DNA of 64,000 nucleotides. It comes from Terrimicrobiaceae bacterium (GTDB lineage: Bacteria; Verrucomicrobiota; Verrucomicrobiia; Chthoniobacterales; Terrimicrobiaceae). The DNA lies in the NCBI GenBank assembly GCA_041752695.1, contig JBGSVZ010000101.1:1-64000 (forward strand). Reading direction: 5' to 3'. This document shows, in pieces, positions 57,446 to 64,000 of this stretch. A program made the translations under genes and the position numbers. How positions within the stretch are numbered: position 1 is the stretch's first letter; the number at the start of each line of letters is the position of its first letter. The notes beneath the pieces are model-generated. The model was given only the letters and a program-made list of their open reading frames with translations. It ran no database searches and was not told the origin of the DNA.

Positions 57446-59081
57446 GACGAAAGTTGCGATAGGCTAGGACAAGGGAGCAGGCAAGGACAGTGACAAAAAA
57501 CACCAGCATCGCCGCCAGAGAAAAAAGCAACAGCGGCCCGTAGCTGCCCCGGTAGCGGGAATTGTCCAAGGCATGAACCATGGCGACAGTGAGGGCATTG
57601 CCAAACGGAGCACTGTAAAAAACCAGCACCACCAAACCGGGGAGACGGAAAGTGGCCAGCGGCTTCCAGAGCAAAACGATCGCCAGGCTGACGAGAAACC
57701 CCCCGACCAGCCAGGGGGCGAGGCTTTTGTTTTTGCTCAGAAAATTCCGTGCGCCCTTGGAAATTTCCAGTTGGTCCGGGGTGGCCGTGCGTCCCTTGGC
57801 GGCGTCGAGGTAGGTTTGGAAGATGCTGCGGGTTTTTGGGTTCCATCGTTCGTCCGGCGCTGTAGGCAGGGTGGAAACGACGTATTGATAGATGCCATCG
57901 AGTTCGATGCGTTTTCGGAAAAACGTTCCGTCGTCCGGTCGGAAAAAATACTCCATCTGCCAGAGAACCTTCCGGGCATAAAGGAGGGGCTCGCGCCGGA
58001 GCGCAGAGAGGAAGCTGCCTTTGCAGAAAACGGCGAGGTCCGCGGGCGTCATCTCGTTTTTCTCGCGCAGGGTGGGGAAGAGTTTCGCGCGGTACATGAG
58101 GTAGTCGGGATCAAAGCCCAGCCGCGTGTAGTAAATTTTTTCGTTCTTCGCGTCGGTCATCTCCCGGTCCAGCACCGGAAGAAAGTCGGCGAGGAAGGCT
58201 CGCCGCACCTCCGGGGTTTCGGGAGCCAGCAACTCCCCGCTCATGCTCTCCCGGATGATATCCGCATGGATGGTAAACAGGGTCATCGGCAACACGACGC
58301 GCGTGGCGGTTGAACGCTGAAACAGCAGTTTGTCGGGCAGCCAGAGAAAAAGAAAAACAAGCACAAACCCCGCGGTGGGTGTCGCCAGACGATGCCGCCG
58401 GGGCAGGCCCGAGCCGAAGAGCCCGAAGAAGACCGGCAGGGTGGTCGCGGGAACGGCCAGGAGCCAGTTGGGTTTGAGGACATACATGGCCACCGCGAGC
58501 AGGATCGACAAAGCCCCCGCGACCGTGGCGGGAACCGGACGCGGCTGGTGCCAACGGTATCGGCAATAAAGCGTGATGGTCAGGAGTTGACCAAATGCCA
58601 CGAAAGGCATGATGGCCTCCGGACGGATGGCCATCTCCAGAGCGCGCGTGATGGGATTGGAAAGGTAAAGGCTGATTACCATCAGACCGATCCCGGTCGC
58701 ACCAATCTCGAGGAGGAGATTTTTCGGAAACAAAGCGACCCACGAGCGCCAAGTCAGCCAGAGCAGAACGGCTGCCGTGAGACCAAGGATTTGCTGGAGA
58801 ACAATGTATCCTCCGAACGAACCGGTGAGCCGCAACGCCCCGGCGATGAAAGCGCCGTAGAGCCATTCGCGCTCGTATTCTTCGCGAAACCCGAGGTCCC
58901 CGATCCAGCCCAGAGCCGGCTTGAGCCAGCCCCAACTGTCCCACTCGGAGATGGCCACTGGCTCGACGGTGAAACGCAGTCGGGCCGCAGCGATGAGCAA
59001 AACAGCCAACACCACCCAGCCAATGATGGTGGGGAGACGATGCAGCCAGGCGGGCAAACGTTCGAGGGACGGAATCTTCAC
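57438..59081 (-). CDS. Polytopic membrane protein, GT-C-like
   Basis: DSWG, RE.LYG, IRPE, LKPN and a C-terminal SRY; about 11 hydrophobic segments. Confidence 0.65.
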   Translation of the reverse strand: MKIPSLERLPAWLHRLPTIIGWVVLAVLLIAAARLRFTVEPVAISEWDSWGWLKPALGWIGDLGFREEYEREWLYGAFIAGALRLTGSFGGYIVLQQILGLTAAVLLWLTWRSWVALFPKNLLLEIGATGIGLMVISLYLSNPITRALEMAIRPEAIMPFVAFGQLLTITLYCRYRWHQPRPVPATVAGALSILLAVAMYVLKPNWLLAVPATTLPVFFGLFGSGLPRRHRLATPTAGFVLVFLFLWLPDKLLFQRSTATRVVLPMTLFTIHADIIRESMSGELLAPETPEVRRAFLADFLPVLDREMTDAKNEKIYYTRLGFDPDYLMYRAKLFPTLREKNEMTPADLAVFCKGSFLSALRREPLLYARKVLWQMEYFFRPDDGTFFRKRIELDGIYQYVVSTLPTAPDERWNPKTRSIFQTYLDAAKGRTATPDQLEISKGARNFLSKNKSLAPWLVGGFLVSLAIVLLWKPLATFRLPGLVVLVFYSAPFGNALTVAMVHALDNSRYRGSYGPLLLFSLAAMLVFFVTVLACSLVLAYRNFRRA

Positions 59082-59140
59082 AGCCTAAAGGCTGGACTCC
59101 AAGGAGCCGCCTCCGGGTTGGAGTCCAGCCTTTAGGCTGT
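59080..59140. repeat. Perfect 23-bp inverted REP doublet with a 15-nt loop
   Basis: ACAGCCTAAAGGCTGGACTCCAA (59080-59102) and TTGGAGTCCAGCCTTTAGGCTGT (59118-59140). Confidence 0.9.
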
Positions 59141-59188
59141 TCTTTTTTTTAGGATCAAGAACGACAACGACGCGCAAAACAGCCCCTT

Positions 59189-59725
59189 CTAGTTCGGCAT
59201 CAAGCTGAGTCCCTTGAGCGTGGACTCGTCGAAACGCCCGGTCTGCCGGAAACGCGCATCCTGCTGCCAGGCCTTGAGCGAGACGACGAGGGAACTATTC
59301 ACCTGACCATCGATCGGACCCGAATAAAACCCCAGAAGTTTGAGATTCTTCTGAGCCTGCCGGATCGTGGCAATCTGCACATCCGTGGGTGCGGTGATAT
59401 AGGGGCCGCCTTTAAAGATATCCGCGATGGCGACATATTGGGGAACGGGCGGCGCGGACGGAGCGGAGGCGGACCGGGAGGCGGGGGCCGCGATGCCCAA
59501 ACTCTTGAGCGTCTGGGGAGTCAGTTCGCCGGTAACCTTGAGATTTTCCGCAACCTGATAACGCCGGATGGCTGCTGCGGTCTGACTGCCATACTGGCCG
59601 TCAGCCGTGCCGTCGTAGTAGCCCAGACGTTGCAGCTTTTTCTGAGCGGAGAGGATCGCGTCGTCCGCCAGACAGGCGGACGACGCAAAAACCATAAGAA
59701 CAAAAAGGCGAAGGAGTTTTCTCAT
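59189..59725 (-). CDS. Exported protein with two peptidoglycan-binding (PG_binding_1) domains
   Basis: Q..L..LGYY.G..DG.YG..T..AI..YQ occurs twice; signal peptide present. Confidence 0.9.
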   Translation of the reverse strand: MRKLLRLFVLMVFASSACLADDAILSAQKKLQRLGYYDGTADGQYGSQTAAAIRRYQVAENLKVTGELTPQTLKSLGIAAPASRSASAPSAPPVPQYVAIADIFKGGPYITAPTDVQIATIRQAQKNLKLLGFYSGPIDGQVNSSLVVSLKAWQQDARFRQTGRFDESTLKGLSLMPN

Positions 59726-59800
59726 CAGAAAGGCGTAGCCAGTGGCCCGCCTCCCTGCAAGCCGCACGTTGACGGCTTGCTCGCCTGTTCTTGGGAAACG

Positions 59801-60076
59801 TTATTTGATGTGCTGAGAGACGAGCTTCGTCATCTCGAACATCGTGACCTGCTTCTTGCCGCCGAAGACGGCCTTGAGAGCCTCATCCGCGTTGATGTTG
59901 GTCTTTTTCTTTTCGTCCTGAAGGCCGTTCTTTTTGATGTAATCCCAAAGTTTTTTGGTGATTTCGCTGCGCGGGATGGGCTTGGATCCGACGATCGGAG
60001 CAAGCACTTCATCGGGCTGCACGGGTTTCATCAGGGCGGGGTTCGGTTTGCGGGCGGGTTTTTTTTCTGTAGGCAC
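59801..60076 (-). CDS. Standalone SWIB/MDM2 domain protein
   Basis: LAPIVG..P.PRSE.TKKLWDYIKKNGLQD...INAD and MFEMTK. Confidence 0.92.
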   Translation of the reverse strand: MPTEKKPARKPNPALMKPVQPDEVLAPIVGSKPIPRSEITKKLWDYIKKNGLQDEKKKTNINADEALKAVFGGKKQVTMFEMTKLVSQHIK

Positions 60077-60145
60077 TTTGTAGGTGTTCTGGTGAATTTT
60101 TTCTGCGGACCGGCTCTTGCCGATCCCTCTTGCAGATTCCCTCCC

Positions 60146-61339
60146 TTAAGCAATCGGCCCGGTTTGTTCCAGAACTATCGCAGGGGAGGGAAAAAAGTTT
60201 CTTCGGTCGGAAAACGCGATTTGTCTCCAAAAATTGCGCGAGACGTTGAAGCGGAACTCCAGAACGTCGCCGTCCTGCACAACGTATTCCGTGCCTTCGA
60301 CGCGCAGTTTTCCGGCTTCCCGGGCCTTGGCCTCCGAGCCGTAGGTGATGAGATCCTGGAAAGCGATCGTCTGTGCGGCGATGAATCCGCGTTCAAAATC
60401 CGAATGGATGACACCCGCCGCTGCGGGGGCTTTGTCGCCCGCCAGAATGGTCCAGGCGCGGGTTTCCTTGGGTCCGGTCGTGAGATAAGTCCGCAGGCCA
60501 AGGAGATGATAAACGGCACGAATGAGCAGGCTCACGCCGCTATCTTCCACCCCGAGACCGGCAAGAAATTCCCGGGCCTCCTCGGGGGGCAGCTCGGCGA
60601 GTTCGCTTTCAATCTGCGCACTGATCACCACGGCTTCGCTGCCCATGTGGCTGGCGGCATATTCCCGCACGGCGCGGATGTGGCCGTTGTCGGCGTTGGC
60701 CAGTTCGTTCTCCCCGACATTGCAGGCAAAGATGACGGGCTTGCTGGTGAGGAGGAAAAATTCCTTCAATGTTTTTTTCTCGTCGTCGGAAAGATCGGCG
60801 GTGAGGGCAGGTTTACCGCTGTCGAGATGGGGGAGAATTTTTTCCGCCAGGGCAATCTCCGCCTTCGCCGTCTTATCGCCGGCCCGCGCGCCTTTCTGCA
60901 GCCGCTCGGCGCGTTTTTTCAGTCCGGCCATGTCGGCGAGGATGAGTTCCGTAGTGATCACCTCGATGTCGCGCACCGGATCGACTGACCCTGTCACATG
61001 GTGGATGTCCTCGCTTTCGAAACACCGCACCACCTGGACAATGGCATCCACTTCGCGAATGTGGCTGAGAAATTGATTTCCCAATCCCTCACCCTCGCTC
61101 GCCCCTTTGACGAGACCGGCGATGTCCACAAACTCGATGGCGGTGAAAATGATTTTTTCCGACCCTGAGATTTTCGCCAGGGCGTCGAGGCGGGAGTCCG
61201 GCACGCTGACGATGCCCACATTGGGCTCGATGGTGCAGAAGGGAAAGTTGGCCGCCTGCGCCTTGCGGGTGCGGGTGACGGCGTTGAAGAGGGTGGACTT
61301 GCCGACGTTGGGCAAGCCGACGATTCCGGCTTTAAGCAT
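60146..61339 (-). CDS. ychF: Redox-regulated ATPase YchF (with an apparent C-terminal extension)
   Basis: GLPNVGKST, NFPFCTIEPN, DIAGLV, GLGNQFL, IHSDFERGFI and FRFNV. Confidence 0.96.
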   Translation of the reverse strand: MLKAGIVGLPNVGKSTLFNAVTRTRKAQAANFPFCTIEPNVGIVSVPDSRLDALAKISGSEKIIFTAIEFVDIAGLVKGASEGEGLGNQFLSHIREVDAIVQVVRCFESEDIHHVTGSVDPVRDIEVITTELILADMAGLKKRAERLQKGARAGDKTAKAEIALAEKILPHLDSGKPALTADLSDDEKKTLKEFFLLTSKPVIFACNVGENELANADNGHIRAVREYAASHMGSEAVVISAQIESELAELPPEEAREFLAGLGVEDSGVSLLIRAVYHLLGLRTYLTTGPKETRAWTILAGDKAPAAAGVIHSDFERGFIAAQTIAFQDLITYGSEAKAREAGKLRVEGTEYVVQDGDVLEFRFNVSRNFWRQIAFSDRRNFFPSPAIVLEQTGPIA

Positions 61340-61518
61340 CCGCAGGGTCTAGGGCCGCACCGGCCCCGGTGTCAAATCCCCGCTGCGGTCGTCGCTCCCG
61401 AGTTTGGTGGCCGCCCCCACCGTTTGGCCCCTGACCGCGCCATCAGGCGGCGCTATTTCCAAGCCGCTCCCCGGGGTTCCGCCGAAAGGGGAGTGATGAA
61501 AATAGAAACCCTCCTCCG

Positions 61519-61779
61519 ATGACCAATCCCACTGAACATTCTGAAGGCAAGGTCGCACGTGCGATTGAAGAACAGACCGCGAAACTCCCCTCCGATACTT
61601 TTCTCTGGGCGGCCGGAGGAGCGATCGTCGCATCTCTGGGCCTGAAGCTCGCCGGTCAGAACGACAAATCCCTTTTCGTCGGCCAGTGGGTCCCCACTTT
61701 GCTGATCCTCGGGGTTTACAACAAGCTGGTGAAGCAACTCGGTTCCGATCGGGTGGATGCGGCGGCCACGAACTCCTAA
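61519..61779 (+). CDS. Small hypothetical membrane protein
   Basis: EG.VARAIEEQTAKLPSD.FLWAA and FVGQW.PT.LILG.YNKLVK; coding-like codon usage. Confidence 0.75.
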   Translation: MTNPTEHSEGKVARAIEEQTAKLPSDTFLWAAGGAIVASLGLKLAGQNDKSLFVGQWVPTLLILGVYNKLVKQLGSDRVDAAATNS

Positions 61780-61794
61780 AAGGCACCGCCCACC

Positions 61795-62043
61795 ATGAAT
61801 ATCATCGTTATGCTGGTTATCGGCCTCGTCGTCGGGGCCATTGCCAAACTTCTGATGCCGGGCCGGGATCCGGGCGGCTGGATTATCACCATTCTTCTCG
61901 GTATTGCGGGATCGTTTGTCGCCGGCTTTCTTGGCAGAAGCCTCGGCTGGTACCAAGAGGGTCAGTCGGTTGGCTTTCTGGCGTCAATCGTCGGAGCGAT
62001 TATCCTGCTGCTGATCTACCGGCTCTTTGCGCGGAAGGCCTGA
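61795..62043 (+). CDS. GlsB/YeaQ/YmgE (transglycosylase-associated) stress membrane protein
   Basis: IGLVVGAIAKLLMPG, LGIAGSFVAG and SIVGAIILL. Confidence 0.9.
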   Translation: MNIIVMLVIGLVVGAIAKLLMPGRDPGGWIITILLGIAGSFVAGFLGRSLGWYQEGQSVGFLASIVGAIILLLIYRLFARKA

Positions 62044-62076
62044 AGGAGTTGGCAACACCTTGATTGTTGCTGAGGC

Positions 62077-63099
62077 ATGACCGTCGAGCATTCTCCCGAA
62101 AACGCCGCAACGTTGGCGGATTGGAAGGCTGTCGTTCGCAAATACCAACAGCCTTCGCTTCGGCGGGGGCTGTGGCAAATTTTCAATAGCGTTGGCGGCT
62201 ATATCGCCACGTGGGTCCTGTTGTACGTTGCGGTGCCACTTTCGCCATGGCTGGCCGTTCCGCTCATTCTCTTAGGCGGTGGCTTAATGGTCCGGATGTT
62301 CATCATCTTTCATGACTGTACGCACGGCTCGTTTTTCCGAACTCGGAAGGCAAATGACGCGATAGGGTTTTTGATCGGAGTGTTGGTTTTTACTCCGTAT
62401 TCTTTATGGAGGAAAGAACACGCGCTGCATCACAGCACGGCCGCGGATCTGGACCGGCGGGGATTTGGCGACGTTCCAACCATGACCGTGGAGGAATACC
62501 GCGCCGCCTCGCGATGGAAGCAATTGGGTTACCGATTGGTTCGTCATCCCCTGGTCCTTTTCGGGATCGGCCCAATCCTGATGTTTCTGATCAAACATCG
62601 CCTCCCTTTTTCGCCGGCGGTCTCGCAAAGGGAGCGCAACGCGGTGCATTTTACGAATCTGGCTCTGGCCGGGCTGGCTTTGGGAATGAGCCAGATATTT
62701 GGCTTTTTTCCCTACCTGCTCCTCCAAGTGGCGATCCTCGCGATCGCCGCCTCGTGGGGCACGTGGCTGTTTTACGTGCAGCATCAGTTCGAAGGCGTTT
62801 ACTGGGAGCGTAAGGATAAGTGGACGTTCGTGGAGGCTGCCCTCCAGGGGAGCTCGTTCTATAAGCTGCCGCGAGTGCTGCAGTGGTTTTCCGGCAACAT
62901 CGGATACCACCATATTCACCACTTGAGTTCCCGAATCCCGAACTATCACCTCGAGCGATGCCACAACGCGGAGCCCATGTTCCAAGCGGTCAAGCCGGTC
63001 ACATTTTGGGCGAGCCTCGATGCCCTCAGTTTTCGTCTGTGGGATGAGGCGGAACACCGCCTGGTGGGTTTCGGGGCGGTGAGGGGATTATCGCTCTAA
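62077..63099 (+). CDS. Membrane fatty acid desaturase (Des-like)
   Basis: Three His boxes: HDCTH, HALHH and HHIHH. Confidence 0.93.
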   Translation: MTVEHSPENAATLADWKAVVRKYQQPSLRRGLWQIFNSVGGYIATWVLLYVAVPLSPWLAVPLILLGGGLMVRMFIIFHDCTHGSFFRTRKANDAIGFLIGVLVFTPYSLWRKEHALHHSTAADLDRRGFGDVPTMTVEEYRAASRWKQLGYRLVRHPLVLFGIGPILMFLIKHRLPFSPAVSQRERNAVHFTNLALAGLALGMSQIFGFFPYLLLQVAILAIAASWGTWLFYVQHQFEGVYWERKDKWTFVEAALQGSSFYKLPRVLQWFSGNIGYHHIHHLSSRIPNYHLERCHNAEPMFQAVKPVTFWASLDALSFRLWDEAEHRLVGFGAVRGLSL

Positions 63100-63338
63100 A
63101 CGCCGCAGTATTATTCGAGCAGGATCGTGGGGCCAGTTGGTTCAGAACCCCGGAAATAACATGCGGATACGCAAAACGGCATGAAAGCCTATATGCAGAA
63201 ACGCGAACATTTTCCGCCGGGTAGGTCGTTTTGTATTTCAATGTTCTGTGCGTTCTGACGAAGAAAAGGGGCAAGCCGTCCCGCCCCTTTCCGCGGAAAA
63301 CACTTTCCCACGTGCTCAGAGTGACTGATACTGAAAGG

Positions 63339-64000
63339 GTGGACCTTGCCCAACTCGTCAGCTATCTCGATGTCTACCTTTCGACACATGATATAAAAGA
63401 CTACCACAACGCCATCAATGGTTTACAGGTAGAAAATACGAAAGAAATAGAAAAACTATCCGTGGCCGTTGACGCCTGTGAAACGGTCCTCCGGCGAGCG
63501 ATTGACGCGGGGAGCGACTTGCTGATCGTCCATCACGGTCTGTTTTGGAGCGGAGCTCTTCCGGTGACGGGAGTCTCCTTCCGCAAGCTCAAGCTCGCGC
63601 TGGATAACGGGTTGGCGGTCTACAGTTCGCATTTGCCGTTGGATGCACATTCGCAGCTAGGCAACAACGCATTGCTCGCGAACATGCTGGGATTTCCCGA
63701 GGATCGTGTTCCGTTCCTGGAGATTGGGTGTCAGGTGGAAATGGAGCTCCCCCTCACCGAACTGCTCGCACGGACCGAAGAAGCCGTGGGTGGGAGGGTT
63801 CATCTGGCCCCGGGGGGGCCGCAGGTTTGTCGGAAAATCGGTCTCGTGACGGGCGGCGCGGGCGGGGATATTTTTAAAGCGGCGGCGGCCGGAGTGGACA
63901 CATTTATCACGGGCGAGGGGCCGCATTGGAGTTATACCGCAGCGGAGGAGCTGGGGGTGAACCTCCTGTATGCGGGGCATTACGCCACGGAAACCTTCGG
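63339..64000 (+). CDS. Nif3-like dinuclear metal centre protein (3'-truncated by the window)
   Basis: Translated by hand from GTG 63339: NGLQVE, VHHGLFW, HLPLDAH..LGNN, TGEG and AGHYATETF. It is absent from the ORF track because there is no stop in the window. Confidence 0.92.
   Translation, partial: MDLAQLVSYLDVYLSTHDIKDYHNAINGLQVENTKEIEKLSVAVDACETVLRRAIDAGSDLLIVHHGLFWSGALPVTGVSFRKLKLALDNGLAVYSSHLPLDAHSQLGNNALLANMLGFPEDRVPFLEIGCQVEMELPLTELLARTEEAVGGRVHLAPGGPQVCRKIGLVTGGAGGDIFKAAAAGVDTFITGEGPHWSYTAAEELGVNLLYAGHYATETF

Noticed and set aside
63339..63460. DGR template repeat (A-rich segment)
   Set aside because: No second copy and no reverse transcriptase in the window; the segment lies within a housekeeping gene.

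Overview
GC-rich bacterial chromosome segment, probably Verrucomicrobiota (Chthoniobacterales/Terrimicrobium-like). This placement is inferred from Amuc_1098-type secretin motifs, a standalone SWIB protein and the GGAG-type REP repeats. In order, the window holds: (1) the 3' part of a translationally coupled lipid-modification operon (UbiA-like tail, rifampin-phosphotransferase-like PEP-utiliser, DUF3419/BtaA-like, phytol/dolichol-kinase-like, GNAT, OleC-like AMP ligase); (2) xylR-xylA-xylFGH; (3) an ECF sigma factor, a 1302-aa anti-sigma/vWA protein whose middle is a patchwork of fragments of other envelope proteins, and a 2274-aa repeat membrane protein; (4) serine hydrolase-sixA-pgl-NlpC/P60-ROK; (5) acnA followed by a candidate structured RNA; (6) miaB-ogg-tonB-exbB-exbD-def-glycosyltransferases; (7) a five-gene cluster of unknown product (PaaK-like ligase, divergent LeuB-like dehydrogenase, isochorismatase-ALDH fusion, methyltransferase, PhyH-like dioxygenase); (8) coaB-like, a degenerate glgA, an aminotransferase, an orphan nuoA, three GT-C-like membrane proteins, SWIB, ychF, a desaturase and a truncated Nif3 gene. 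I found no rRNA, tRNA, CRISPR array or transposase. All family calls come from motif recognition by eye; no database searches were run.
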